Positions 40,540 to 51,147 of a DNA stretch of 64,000 bases are shown piece by piece. Below the pieces are notes generated by a model. That model did not search any database and had not been told where the DNA came from. It was given only the letters and a program-made list of their open reading frames with translations. Origin of the DNA: Candidatus Bipolaricaulota bacterium (GTDB taxonomy: Bacteria > Bipolaricaulota > Bipolaricaulia > M55B111). The stretch is from the NCBI GenBank assembly GCA_018400715.1, contig JAGYME010000002.1, positions 21,374 to 85,373 of the forward strand, given 5' to 3'. Both the position numbers and the translations under genes were made by a program. Positions within the stretch are counted from its first letter, which is position 1; each line of letters opens with the position of its first letter.

Positions 40540-40981
40540 ATTTCTCCTCGCAGCATTTTTACCGGGTCCGCCCGGGACGCACGGGTTTTCTGTACTCTCC
40601 AACCGCCCGGTTGTTTAAAAATTGCAGTCGTGAAACCCTCGACCTAGATTTTATTGAAGCTGAGTGGCGGAGTCGATTATAATAAAACGCTCGATTCTGA
40701 CGTAAGTCTATGACATCGCTCAGTTCAACACAAATAACACCCAGATTGAGCGAGCATTGCGCGTGTTTAGAGGATGTCAGTGGAGCTGAAAGCAAGCTTT
40801 GTAAGCAAGGGTTGGTGCTTTATTTACTCGACAAAAGGGATTTAACTTATCCAGTCGGGTTTCACCCAAGGGGTGAACGAATAGATACTTTAGAATGAAA
40901 GCAAATCAACCTTCAGGCTTTACCAGGGTTGGAGGCGCGAGAGAAATCTCACAAATTAGATAACATAAAAGGGATGATAGT

Positions 40982-42238
40982 ATGTCACAAATTAGCGAGA
41001 TAGTTGGCCGCGAGATTCTCGATTCCCGTGGCAATCCGACCGTTGAGGCAGAGGTAATTTTAGATAATGGTGCTTGGGGTAGGGCCGCCGTGCCGTCAGG
41101 AGCCTCTACCGGGACTCGAGAAGCTCTTGAGTTGCGCGATAACGATCCAGATAGATATGGTGGCAAGGGAGTAAGAAAGGCCGTAGAAAATATAAATGAC
41201 GAGATTGGCCCCGTTCTGGACGGGCATGACCCCCTTTGGCAGGAGGAGATCGACGAAAAACTCATCGAACTGGATGGGACTGACGACAAGAGTAATCTGG
41301 GCGCCAATGCCATACTGGGAGTATCTCTGGCGACTGCCCGTGCGGCGGCCAACGATCTGGGCCTCCCCCTGTTCAAGTACATCGCGGGTGTAACGCCGAG
41401 CAGAATCCCGATTCCCCTGATGAACGTGTTAAACGGTGGAGCCCACGCCGACAACAACCTTGACCTGCAGGAGTTCATGATCGTCCCGGTTGGAGCTGGT
41501 TGTTTTGGCGGTGCCGCTCAAATGGCCTCCGAGGTATTTCACGAGTTGAAAAGTATACTTTCGAGTCGTGGCATGTCCACCGCCGTCGGTGACGAAGGTG
41601 GTTTTGCTCCTGACCTGGACGAGGAAGAGGAAGCCCTGGAGTTGCTGGTTAACGCGATAGATTCCGCCGGTTACGCCCCCGGAGAGGACCTCGCCATCGC
41701 CCTTGACCCCGCTGCCAGTGAATTCTACGAGGACGGTAGTTACTTGGTCGGTGGAGAGGAACTATCCGCCGACGATATGGTCGAGGTGTACTCCGGCTGG
41801 GTTGAGAAGTTTCCGATAATCTCGATCGAGGACGGGCTCGACGAAGGCGACTGGGATGGCTGGAAGGTTATGACGGACAGGCTGGGAGACAAGATCCAGA
41901 TAGTTGGTGACGACCTCTTCGTAACGAATGTGGAGATACTTAAGGAAGGCATCGAAAAGAACGTGGCCAACTCGATCTTGATTAAGGTCAACCAGATAGG
42001 GACATTGACCGAAACCATCAGAGCGGTACGGACGGCGTTGAGAGCGGGCTATTCGGCCGTAATTTCTCACCGGTCCGGCGAGACCGAGGACACGTTTATC
42101 GCGGACCTGGCAACCGGTCTGCCGTCTACACAGTTAAAGTCCGGTTCTCTGTCCCGGAGCGACAGAATAAGCAAGTACAATCAACTCCTCCGGCTGGAAG
42201 AGGAATACGAGCTGAAGCTTGCGGAATGGCCTAAGTAA
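40982..42238 (+). CDS. eno: Enolase
   Basis: [64 protein letters not shown]. Confidence 0.98.
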   Translation: MSQISEIVGREILDSRGNPTVEAEVILDNGAWGRAAVPSGASTGTREALELRDNDPDRYGGKGVRKAVENINDEIGPVLDGHDPLWQEEIDEKLIELDGTDDKSNLGANAILGVSLATARAAANDLGLPLFKYIAGVTPSRIPIPLMNVLNGGAHADNNLDLQEFMIVPVGAGCFGGAAQMASEVFHELKSILSSRGMSTAVGDEGGFAPDLDEEEEALELLVNAIDSAGYAPGEDLAIALDPAASEFYEDGSYLVGGEELSADDMVEVYSGWVEKFPIISIEDGLDEGDWDGWKVMTDRLGDKIQIVGDDLFVTNVEILKEGIEKNVANSILIKVNQIGTLTETIRAVRTALRAGYSAVISHRSGETEDTFIADLATGLPSTQLKSGSLSRSDRISKYNQLLRLEEEYELKLAEWPK

Positions 42239-42310
42239 ACTTGACTTCTACCTGGTTCTATACTTGTTCGGGTCCTCATGTGGTGGGATTGGTGTCTGAC
42301 GTGAGAAAAT

Positions 42311-42613
42311 ATGGGAGCTGAGTCCAACAAAGATTCCGAGGCCGACATGGCTTCGCGCAAGAAGTTGATCTCGACCCTGCTCATTGTTGCCGTCCTCGTC
42401 CTGGGTTTTCTTGGGTGGGTATACTGGAACAGGTTTCAGGATATATTCGAGTTGCAGGACGAGATAGTTCGACTCAAGGAGAGAGAGGACGAGTTACGGG
42501 AGCAAATCTCTTCTCTTGAGGAAAAGCTGGCGAGGAGGAACGATCTCGACTACTTCGAGACGCTAGCCAAAGAGGAACTAGGATTGGTCTATCCGGAAGC
42601 GGAAGAGGGTTGA
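42311..42613 (+). CDS. ftsB: Septum formation initiator FtsB/DivIC family
   Basis: Single TM, a coiled coil, and LAKEELGLVYPEAE at the C-terminus, downstream of eno as in many bacteria. Confidence 0.8.
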   Translation: MGAESNKDSEADMASRKKLISTLLIVAVLVLGFLGWVYWNRFQDIFELQDEIVRLKEREDELREQISSLEEKLARRNDLDYFETLAKEELGLVYPEAEEG

Positions 42614-42641
42614 CCGTCAGTAGTTAGTATAAGGGGGATTT

Positions 42642-45600
42642 ATGGATTTCGTTCACCTGCATGTCCACTCCAATTATAGCCTGCTTGATTCTACCAACAA
42701 GATAGGGGAGCTGCTGGAGAAGACCAAGGAGAAGGGCATGTCCGCAATTGCCCTTACCGACCACGGCAACATCCGGGGGGCGATCAGGTTCTACGACAAG
42801 GCGAAGGAAGTCGGAGTAAAACCTATCCTCGGGAGCGAATTGTACGTGGCCCCGGGTAGCCGGTTTACCAAACGGGGAAGGGACCAAGGTGACGAAAAGT
42901 ATTACCACCTCGTTGTTCTCGCCAAGGACGTAGAAGGTTACAGGAACCTCGTCAAGCTATCCAGCAGGGCGTTTACCGAAGGTTTCTACTACAAGCCGAG
43001 GGTAGACCACGACCTGCTGGAGGAGTACTCGGATGGACTGATTGCCCTGAGTGCCTGCAAGAGCGGCCAGGTGCCGAAGAATCTGTTGAGGAACGACCGA
43101 GAAGGGGCCCTCCAGGCAGCCCAGCGTCTCTCTGATATCTTTGGGAGGGACGATTTCTTCATAGAACTTCAGGACCAGGGCGTCGAGGGCCAGGAGGAGT
43201 TAAACGAGAAGCTGATTGACCTGGCTGACGAACTAGACCTGAGTATCGTGGCGACCAATGACGTCCACTACCTGGAAGCTGAGGACCGGTTGGCCCACGA
43301 GGTCCTGTTAAACATCAAGGCCAACAAGAAAATCACCGACGAGGACCGCATGCGCTACGAGGGAGAGGAGTACTACCTAAAGTCGCCCGAAGAGATGTGG
43401 GAACGCTTTTCGCACCTCCCGGAAGCGATTGAAAACACCGTCGAGATTGCGGAGAGGTGTAACATGGAGCTGGACTTCGGAGACGAGTACCTTCTCCCCC
43501 CGTTCGAGGTCCCGGACGGCTACGGGTCCTCCGGCGAGTACTTGCGGGAGTTGGTCGAGGAAGGCGCCAGGGAACGCTGGGGGAAAATAACTGAAAAAAT
43601 ACAGGACCGGATAGACCACGAGTTGAATATCATCGGGGAGATGGGTTATCCGACCTACTTCCTGATCGTACGTGATTTCATTCAGTTCGCCCGTGACAAC
43701 GATATCCCCGTAGGCCCGGGTCGTGGGTCGGCCGCTTCGAGTGTAGTTGCCTACACGCTGGGGATAACGGACGTCGACCCGCTTGAACACGAGCTGCTGT
43801 TCGAGAGGTTCCTCAATCCGGGACGGGTGAGCATGCCCGATATCGACATCGATTTCTGCATGGACGGTCGCGACCAGGTCATCAAATACGTCGTAGATAA
43901 GTACGGCGAGGACCACGTGGCCCAGATTGCGACCTTTGACACCATGGCAGCCAGGTCGTCGATAAGGGACGTGGCCCGGGTCCTCGATATCCCCTACGAC
44001 GACGCCGACGGGATAGCCAAGGCGATACCCCCCGGTACTTCACTTGACGAGGCGATGGAATCCGTCCCCGAACTCACGGAGAAATACAACGCAAACGATA
44101 CCTACCGCCAGCTATTCGACATCGCCCGCAAGCTGGAAGGGTTGTTCCGCAACGCGTCAACCCACGCCGCCGGAGTGGTCATAGCTCCGGGAAAGCTGAC
44201 CGAGTACGCCCCGTTGCAGAGGTTGAGTGACGGGGAGATCGTCACCCAGTATGACATGGAGGTCCTTGAGGACATCGGGCTCCTTAAGATGGATTTTTTA
44301 GGCTTACGGAACCTGACAATCATCGACAAAGCGTTCGACCTGATTGCGAAGACGGAGGGAGAGAAGTTGACCCTGTCGGATGTCCCCGAGGACGACGAGA
44401 AGACCTTCGAGCTGTTGAAACGCGGAGACACGATCGGCGTTTTCCAGCTCGAGAGCGAGGGGATGCAGGGATTGATGAAGCGGCTTGAACCCGAGGAGTT
44501 CGAGGACATAGTTGCGGCCAACGCTCTCTACCGACCGGGCCCTCTGGAGAGCGGAATGACGGAGGATTATATCAAGAGGAAACACGGGGGCGAAGAGGTA
44601 ACCTACCCTCACCCTGAATTGCAGGGCGTTCTCGACGAGACCTACGGACTCCCGATCTATCAGGAACAGATAATGCAGATGGCTCAGGAACTTGCCGGTT
44701 TTTCACTCCCCGAAGCGGATACCCTCAGGGTCGCCATGGGTAAGAAGAAGAAAAAGGTTATGGCCCAGCTGAAGGAAAAGTTTATTCAGGGTTGTGTGGA
44801 TAACGACATATCGGAAGAGAAGGCGAAGAACCTCTTTTCAGACATCGACAAGTTTTCCCGGTACGGTTTCAACAAATCCCACTCTACGGCCTACGCGCGA
44901 ATTACCTATTCGACGGCGTGGTTGAAGGCCAACTACCCAGCTGCTTACATGTCTAGTTTGCTGACTAGCGTGGGCGGGAACGAGGACAGGGTGGAGAAAT
45001 ATATTAAGGACTGCGAGCACATGGGGATCGAGGTCCTCCCGCCGGACGTAAACGAAAGCTACCTGGAGTTTAGCCCCACGCCGGATGGGAACATTCGATT
45101 TGGCCTGGAGGCGGTGAAGTACGTCGGCAGCGAGCCCGCCCGAGCGATCGTCGAGTCCCGTGGAGATGGATACAGTTCGTTCCTCGGTCTCTGTCAGCGT
45201 GTCGGTGGCAGTTTAAACAAGGAGGCCCTTGAGAGCCTGATCCGTGTGGGGGCGTTTGACCGGTTTGGGACAAGGAAGTACCTGTTGACGCAGATCCAAA
45301 AGGGATTGGAGATCGGTGGAATTTCCGCAGACCAGGAGAAGAGTGGGCAGAAGTCCTTCTTCGATCAAGGTGTATCGTTTAAGGAAGAGAGCAAGGATAA
45401 GGCGGACATGGAGGAGTTCCCCCGGGCTCAATGTCTCCGGATGGAAAAAGAGTATCTTGGCGTCTACATAAGCGGCGATCCCCTGGAGGAGCACCGGACC
45501 GAACTGGAATCCTTTTCCTGCTGTAACCTGGACGAGCTTCCCTCCAACTCCACGGACGGTTCGGCCTGGTTGGCTGGACGTATCAGTGAGATCAACCAGA

Positions 45601-46061
45601 TCAACACCAGAAAGGGAGACCCGATGGCCTTCTTTACTATCTCAGACGGGTACGGAGAACAGGAAATCGTCGCCTTCCCGGAGGTCTATAAGAAGTCCAG
45701 TCCGATGCTCGCCGACGACAAGGTAATAATAATAAAGGCTAAGATTGGCGAGAGGAACGGAAATCAGCAGTTGATCGCTAGCAAGGTGTTCTCGATCGAA
45801 GATGCCTGGGATAAATTGAAGAAGGAACTGGAGTTGGTAGTTAACGCCAACCTGATCCACGAGGAATCCTTCGCCAGGTTGCGTGAGCTGACGCAGGATG
45901 GCGACACACCCGTCTACTTCAAGCTCTATGATGAACAAACTGATAAGTATCTCGTCGTCAAGTCCGGCAGTCAGTTCAGGATCAAGGTAGATAATGACCT
46001 GTTGAACGACCTGAAAGAAATGGAAGAGATAACCGACGTCAAGGTCTCGCCGACGGGATAA
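42642..46061 (+). CDS. dnaE: DNA polymerase III subunit alpha
   Basis: PHP domain FVHLHVHSNYSLLDS, GPGRGSAASSVVAYTLGITDVDPL, FNKSHSTAYA, and a C-terminal OB fold. 1139 aa. Confidence 0.97.
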   Translation: MDFVHLHVHSNYSLLDSTNKIGELLEKTKEKGMSAIALTDHGNIRGAIRFYDKAKEVGVKPILGSELYVAPGSRFTKRGRDQGDEKYYHLVVLAKDVEGYRNLVKLSSRAFTEGFYYKPRVDHDLLEEYSDGLIALSACKSGQVPKNLLRNDREGALQAAQRLSDIFGRDDFFIELQDQGVEGQEELNEKLIDLADELDLSIVATNDVHYLEAEDRLAHEVLLNIKANKKITDEDRMRYEGEEYYLKSPEEMWERFSHLPEAIENTVEIAERCNMELDFGDEYLLPPFEVPDGYGSSGEYLRELVEEGARERWGKITEKIQDRIDHELNIIGEMGYPTYFLIVRDFIQFARDNDIPVGPGRGSAASSVVAYTLGITDVDPLEHELLFERFLNPGRVSMPDIDIDFCMDGRDQVIKYVVDKYGEDHVAQIATFDTMAARSSIRDVARVLDIPYDDADGIAKAIPPGTSLDEAMESVPELTEKYNANDTYRQLFDIARKLEGLFRNASTHAAGVVIAPGKLTEYAPLQRLSDGEIVTQYDMEVLEDIGLLKMDFLGLRNLTIIDKAFDLIAKTEGEKLTLSDVPEDDEKTFELLKRGDTIGVFQLESEGMQGLMKRLEPEEFEDIVAANALYRPGPLESGMTEDYIKRKHGGEEVTYPHPELQGVLDETYGLPIYQEQIMQMAQELAGFSLPEADTLRVAMGKKKKKVMAQLKEKFIQGCVDNDISEEKAKNLFSDIDKFSRYGFNKSHSTAYARITYSTAWLKANYPAAYMSSLLTSVGGNEDRVEKYIKDCEHMGIEVLPPDVNESYLEFSPTPDGNIRFGLEAVKYVGSEPARAIVESRGDGYSSFLGLCQRVGGSLNKEALESLIRVGAFDRFGTRKYLLTQIQKGLEIGGISADQEKSGQKSFFDQGVSFKEESKDKADMEEFPRAQCLRMEKEYLGVYISGDPLEEHRTELESFSCCNLDELPSNSTDGSAWLAGRISEINQINTRKGDPMAFFTISDGYGEQEIVAFPEVYKKSSPMLADDKVIIIKAKIGERNGNQQLIASKVFSIEDAWDKLKKELELVVNANLIHEESFARLRELTQDGDTPVYFKLYDEQTDKYLVVKSGSQFRIKVDNDLLNDLKEMEEITDVKVSPTG

Positions 46062-47342
46062 TTGGGGGAAGGGATGGATTGGAAGGGAATACTTAAGTGG
46101 TTTTATCCGGGAATGAAGGTGAAGCGGTGGGGGCTGCTGGTACTTCTATCTGCGATCCTGTTTGGATTAGCGGTTTTACTCCTCGTCGGGCGAAACTGGG
46201 TTGGTTTCGTTTACAATACGCTCTTTCCCCAACCGGTCTACTATTATCTCGCTGCCACGGTTGGACTTCTGGCAGGTATTATCGGCCTGGTCTGGGGAGT
46301 AAATCGTGTTACGCACTCGATTACTACGGTGATAAAGCCAGCCAGTCGTTCCACCTCCGACATCATCTGGCAGAGCCGCCGGCTCGAGAAGGGGCTCAAC
46401 GTCGTTGCCGTGGGGGGAGGCACGGGCCTTTCAGTCCTCTTACGAGGTCTAAAGAAGCATACCTCCAACATCACCGCAATCGTCACCGTAATGGACGACG
46501 GCGGCAGTTCCGGCAGGCTGCGGGAAGAGATGAACATGCTTCCGCCGGGCGACATAAGGAACTGCCTTATCGCGCTTGCGGACGACGAGTCGAAGATGAG
46601 CAGGGTCTTTCAGCACAGGTTCAGTAACGGCGGTGGCCTTGAGGGGCACTCGCTGGGAAACCTGATTATCGCCGGAATGGAGCAGATCGAAGGAGGATTC
46701 GACCTCGCGATAGAGGAAACGAGCAACCTGCTGAAGGTCAGGGGCAGAGTGGTGCCGTCGACTTTAAAGAACACAAATCTCGTTGCCACTCTTGCCGGGG
46801 GCAAGGACATAACGGGGGAGAGCAGCCTCCACAAGCATCCGGAAAAGGTGAAGACGATCAGACTCGCCGAACGGGCCGCCCCGTACTCTCAGGCGATCGA
46901 AGCTATCGAGGCGGCGGACGTGATCGTTCTCGGCCCGGGGAGCCTGTACACGTCAATTATTCCCAACCTCCTGGTCGAGGAGATTGCCGGGGCGATCGAA
47001 GGGGTTTCCGCGGCAAAGTTCTACGTGACCAACGTGATGACCGAACCGGGTGAGACCGATGACATGTCAGCCTGTGACCATCTCGATGCGCTAAACAACT
47101 ACATAGACGTCTCATGTCTTGAATACGCCGTGGTTAACACCGGTGACGTCGACCGGGGAGTCCTGGCCAGGTACGTAGAGGAAGGGTCGGGCCTTGTGGA
47201 AGACGACCTTGAGTCCGATAATAAGTACGGATTGAAGTTAATTGAAGGCGACCTAATTGATATGGTCAAGCTGGAAGGCAAACAGACCGTCAAGCACGAT
47301 AACGAGCGTTTGGCCAAGTTGATCCTCGATAACTGCGAGTAG
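46062..47342 (+). CDS. YvcK/CofD-related (UPF0052, gluconeogenesis-factor family) protein with N-terminal membrane anchor
   Basis: NVVAVGGGTGLSVLLRGLK, TAIVTVMDDGGSSGRLR, GHSLGNLIIAG, LGPGSLYTSIIPNLL. Two N-terminal hydrophobic segments. The start is TTG 46062 or ATG 46074. Confidence 0.85.
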   Translation: MGEGMDWKGILKWFYPGMKVKRWGLLVLLSAILFGLAVLLLVGRNWVGFVYNTLFPQPVYYYLAATVGLLAGIIGLVWGVNRVTHSITTVIKPASRSTSDIIWQSRRLEKGLNVVAVGGGTGLSVLLRGLKKHTSNITAIVTVMDDGGSSGRLREEMNMLPPGDIRNCLIALADDESKMSRVFQHRFSNGGGLEGHSLGNLIIAGMEQIEGGFDLAIEETSNLLKVRGRVVPSTLKNTNLVATLAGGKDITGESSLHKHPEKVKTIRLAERAAPYSQAIEAIEAADVIVLGPGSLYTSIIPNLLVEEIAGAIEGVSAAKFYVTNVMTEPGETDDMSACDHLDALNNYIDVSCLEYAVVNTGDVDRGVLARYVEEGSGLVEDDLESDNKYGLKLIEGDLIDMVKLEGKQTVKHDNERLAKLILDNCE

Positions 47343-47386
47343 AGATGACGGTCCCAGCTCCTGAAGACGGTTTTAGAGGATAATAG

Positions 47387-49231
47387 GTGAGTTATTCCAT
47401 GAAAGATTCCGATAAGAAGTACGTAGCCGATCTGAGCGTAATCGTAGATGGGGGAATCACGGAGTTAGTTTCCTCCCGGAAGTTAAAGGATGTGGCAGTA
47501 ATTGTGCCGGAAGCCGTAGTTCTCGAACTGGAGACCGAGGCGGCGAATGGACAGGAAACAGGATACAAGGGTCTTAACGAGCTATCGAAGCTGAGAGAGT
47601 TCTGCGATGACGGTTTAATCGATCTCGAGTTTGTCGAGACAGAAGGCAGGGGTGGCTTCGCACCACCGGGCCCCAGGGCGCTTGACCCAATCGTCAGGGG
47701 TTTAGCACAGCGGGTTGACGCCACGCTGATCACAAACGACAAGATTCAGGGATCCATCGCTAAAAGCAAGGGTTTATCAGTCCGGCTGCACCGTCCGCGG
47801 GAGGAGGAAACGGAGAAGAGTTTAGAGGGACTGGAGCTTATGGATTACTTCGACGAAGCGACCATGTCACTTCACCTGCGCGCGGATACGGTCCCCCGGG
47901 CGAAGAAAGGGACTCCGGATTCCATGAAGCTGGAACCCATTGGCGAGGAGAAACTCAGCTCGGAGAGGCTGGAGCAGTTGACCGAAGAGATAGTGGAAGT
48001 AGCGGAAGTTCACCCCCAGGGCTTTATCGAGATGGACTCGGGGGGTGCCTCCATAGTCCAGCTGGCCAACATCCGCATCGCCATAGCTAAGCCCCCATTT
48101 TCCGACGCCATAGAGATTACCGCTACCCGACCGGTCAAGAAGACGACGATCGAGGACTATTCCTATTCCGACATGATAGAAAATAGGTTGAAGCAATCGC
48201 ACCGCGGCGTGTTGGTCGCCGGAGCGCCGGGAATGGGTAAATCGACGTTGGTGCAGGCCCTGTCGGAGTTTCTCCGTGATTCCGAATGGATAGTTAAGAC
48301 GATGGAGAAACCCCGCGACCTGGACGTTTCTCCGGAGATTAGTCAGTATCGTGACTTAAACGGAGAAATGGCGGACACGGCGGAAATTCTCCTGTTGACC
48401 CGACCTGACTACACGATCTTTGACGAAATGAGGCAGACCTCCGACTTCGAGGTCTTTGCCGACCTCCGCATGTCGGGTGTGGGTTTGGTCGGAGTTGTGC
48501 ACGCGACGAAGGCGATTGATTCGCTACAGCGCCTCGTGGGCAGGGTGGAGTTAGGAATGATCCCTCAGATTGTGGATACTGTCCTGCACGTGGAGGGCGG
48601 CGATATCAAGAAGGTCTTCGACGTCGAGATGACGGTCAAGACCCCGTCAGGCATGGAGCAGGGAGACCTGTCCAGGCCGGTTATCGAGGTCCGGGATTTC
48701 GAAACCGGGAGTTTGAGTTACGAGATCTACACGTTCGGAGAACAGGTGGTAGTCATTCCCCTGGAAGGCCAGGAGCAGAACAGGATATGGGATTTCGCTA
48801 CCTCGGAACTGGAGTACCAGCTTGGTCAGGAATTATCTTTTGACTTCGATCTGGAAATAAGGTCCAATAACCGGGTAGCGGTTTACGTGGCCGACAACCA
48901 CGTTCCCGCTGTCCTGGGACACGGAGGTAAAAGGGTGGATGCGCTTGAAAAGAAGTTGGGGCTCCACATAGACGTGAGAAGTTTTGCCGAAAGGGATAAC
49001 CCTTCTTCTTCACCCGCCTTCAAGTTGAAGGAGGCCGACGAGTATCTTCTGTTGAATTTTGACCCCTCGTACAGCAACGAGGAGATAGACATATTGATTA
49101 ACGGAGAACGCGTCTTCTCCGGTGCGGTATCAAAGAAGGGCCGCATAAAGTTGACCAAGGATACTCATCAGGCGAAACGAATACGTAAGGCGAATCAAGA
49201 TGGAGATAAGATTACCGTCAAAAAACTCTAG
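47387..49231 (+). CDS. PIN domain - P-loop ATPase - KH domain protein (PilT-like ATPase of the archaeal COG1855 architecture)
   Basis: N-terminal PIN-like segment (DLSVIVDGG...LITNDK), Walker A GAPGMGKST, Walker B DYTIFDEMR, and a C-terminal KH GxxG (VLGHGGKRVDALEKKLGLHIDV). Confidence 0.75.
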   Translation: MSYSMKDSDKKYVADLSVIVDGGITELVSSRKLKDVAVIVPEAVVLELETEAANGQETGYKGLNELSKLREFCDDGLIDLEFVETEGRGGFAPPGPRALDPIVRGLAQRVDATLITNDKIQGSIAKSKGLSVRLHRPREEETEKSLEGLELMDYFDEATMSLHLRADTVPRAKKGTPDSMKLEPIGEEKLSSERLEQLTEEIVEVAEVHPQGFIEMDSGGASIVQLANIRIAIAKPPFSDAIEITATRPVKKTTIEDYSYSDMIENRLKQSHRGVLVAGAPGMGKSTLVQALSEFLRDSEWIVKTMEKPRDLDVSPEISQYRDLNGEMADTAEILLLTRPDYTIFDEMRQTSDFEVFADLRMSGVGLVGVVHATKAIDSLQRLVGRVELGMIPQIVDTVLHVEGGDIKKVFDVEMTVKTPSGMEQGDLSRPVIEVRDFETGSLSYEIYTFGEQVVVIPLEGQEQNRIWDFATSELEYQLGQELSFDFDLEIRSNNRVAVYVADNHVPAVLGHGGKRVDALEKKLGLHIDVRSFAERDNPSSSPAFKLKEADEYLLLNFDPSYSNEEIDILINGERVFSGAVSKKGRIKLTKDTHQAKRIRKANQDGDKITVKKL

Positions 49232-49234
49232 GCC

Positions 49235-50698
49235 CTACCCCTTCACGGCTATCACGGGTTTTAACTTTGCCACCTTTGGTGTCAGTCCGTTGACGGCTAC
49301 CGAATCAACGACGCTACCCACGTCCTTGTAGGCACCAGGTGCCTCTTCTGCCAGGCCGGGATAGGAATGTGATCTGACCAGGATTCCCCGTGACCTTAAC
49401 GAGTTCTCCACGTCCTCACCCCAGAACTTCGACTTGGCTTTCTTCCGAGACATGGCCCTCCCCGCGCCGTGGACCCCACTGCCAAAGGCCTTTTCCATCG
49501 CGATTTCCGAACCCCGGAGGACGTAAGAAGACGAGCCCATTGTTCCACCAACGAGAACGGGACCGCCGACGTGGCGGTATCTTTTCGGCAACTCATCCCG
49601 CCCCGGACCGAACGCCCGCGTGGCCCCCTTCCTGTGGACCAGCAAACGTTTCTTCTGGCCGTTAACGAGATGTTCTTCGTTCTTTGCCGTGTTGTGACCC
49701 ACTTCGTATACGGTTTTGATTTCCTCTGGAGGGAGGTTGAGAACTTCCTCAAAACCCCTCCGGGCCAGACCTGACAGCACCTGGCGGTTGGCAAACGCGC
49801 AGTTCATCCCGCACCTCATGGCGCTCAGGTATTCCCTCCCTTCGGGGCTGTCTATCGGCGCCGAGACCAGCTCACGTTCCTTGATCTCGAGGCCATATTT
49901 TTGACTTGCCTCCTCCAGCTTCGACAGGTAGTCCTGTCCAATTTGGTGGCCGAGTGCTCGAGAACCCGTGTGGATCGAGATAACGACCTGACCTTCGCTG
50001 AGACCGTAAGCATTTGCGGCGTCGCGGTCGAAGATTTCACTTACCTCCTGGACTTCCAGGTAATGGTTGCCGGAACCGAGGGTTCCGACCTGTTTGAACT
50101 GACGCTGCTTCGCCCGCCGACTCACGTTTTCCGGGTCAGCCCCGTCTATTCGTCCGTTTTCCTCGATGTATTCAAGGTCTTCCTCGGTCCCGTAGCCGAG
50201 TTTCAACCCGAACCGGGCACCCTGGACCAGGACACGGTTGACTTCATCTATCGAGAGGTCGATTTCACCTTCTGAACCGAGTCCTGCGGGTATAATTCTG
50301 AATAGGGCGTCAGCTAGCTCTTCTCTTACCTTAGTTATCTCTTCGAATTCCAGAGGGGTCCTCATTAACCGGACCCCGCAGTTAATGTCGAATCCCACAC
50401 CGCCCGCTACGACGACTCCCTTATCGATATCGAAAGCTCCTACCCCACCGATGGGAAACCCGTAACCGGGGTGAATATCGGCTAAGCCTATCGACGCGGA
50501 CACTATTCCGGGTAGCGAAGCCACGTTTATCAACTGCTCGAGAGAGCTCCACTGGTCCCCTCCCCGGTATTCGTCGAGGAGGTCGTCGACGGTCTCCCGG
50601 GAGACGAACAACCTGCCGGGGACGTTCATGTCGCCAAACTCCTCTACTTCCCAGATGTTTTGTCCTAACTCCTCGATTTGGACTTCTTCTCTCTTCAA
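49235..50698 (-). CDS. rtcB: RNA 3'-phosphate ligase RtcB
   Basis: PDIHPGYGFPIGGV, GVGFDINCGVR, GSGNHYLEVQ, IHTGSRALGHQ, HRKGATRA. Confidence 0.96.
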   Translation of the reverse strand: MKREEVQIEELGQNIWEVEEFGDMNVPGRLFVSRETVDDLLDEYRGGDQWSSLEQLINVASLPGIVSASIGLADIHPGYGFPIGGVGAFDIDKGVVVAGGVGFDINCGVRLMRTPLEFEEITKVREELADALFRIIPAGLGSEGEIDLSIDEVNRVLVQGARFGLKLGYGTEEDLEYIEENGRIDGADPENVSRRAKQRQFKQVGTLGSGNHYLEVQEVSEIFDRDAANAYGLSEGQVVISIHTGSRALGHQIGQDYLSKLEEASQKYGLEIKERELVSAPIDSPEGREYLSAMRCGMNCAFANRQVLSGLARRGFEEVLNLPPEEIKTVYEVGHNTAKNEEHLVNGQKKRLLVHRKGATRAFGPGRDELPKRYRHVGGPVLVGGTMGSSSYVLRGSEIAMEKAFGSGVHGAGRAMSRKKAKSKFWGEDVENSLRSRGILVRSHSYPGLAEEAPGAYKDVGSVVDSVAVNGLTPKVAKLKPVIAVKG

Positions 50699-50721
50699 GT
50701 CTTTACCTCCCTCTGATTGAC

Positions 50722-51147
50722 CTATACGTCAACTACGAATACGCAGGACCACTCGTTGGGCCCGTGGTTCTCTACTTCTAAACCTTGATAGGTAATCCCC
50801 TTTACCTCGGTGCCGAGGGACCTCCAAGAGGGGTCGATATCTTCACCCCTCATGGCTCCGCGGAGCAGGAACCCTCCGTCGGTCCTCTCAATTTGCACGT
50901 CGAAGTCCTTGTAGATTCTTCCTTCCATGCTGCTTAAGGAGAGCAACTCCTGCAACCACTCGTAGAGAAGGTTTGCTTCAGTCCGGGCGTTTACCTCCAG
51001 TTGTCCCTCCTGCCTGGACGTAACCTCGTCGAGGTCTGCCATTAAATCAAACAAACCTTTGGCCGCGCCGACCAGGAGTTCGTCAAAGGACTCCCCCCGG
51101 GCGCGAATTCCAACATCTCCACCGTGGTCCAGGTACTTATAATTCAC
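50722..51147 (-). CDS. Archease (RtcB activator)
   Basis: 141 aa. YKYLDHGGDVGIRARGESFDELL N-terminus typical of archease, directly upstream of rtcB. Confidence 0.88.
   Translation of the reverse strand: MNYKYLDHGGDVGIRARGESFDELLVGAAKGLFDLMADLDEVTSRQEGQLEVNARTEANLLYEWLQELLSLSSMEGRIYKDFDVQIERTDGGFLLRGAMRGEDIDPSWRSLGTEVKGITYQGLEVENHGPNEWSCVFVVDV

Noticed and set aside
40906-41478. A 190-aa ORF on the minus strand.
   Set aside because: It is antisense to the 5' third of enolase. The Ser/Pro/Ala/Arg-rich sequence has no recognisable domain.
43377-43916. A 179-aa minus-strand ORF, with similar antisense or alternate-frame ORFs inside rpoC, dnaE, rtcB, sigA, topA, and 46097-46627 inside the yvcK-like gene.
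   Set aside because: All are nested within strongly supported conserved genes on the other strand or in another frame. None has its own ribosome-binding site or motifs.
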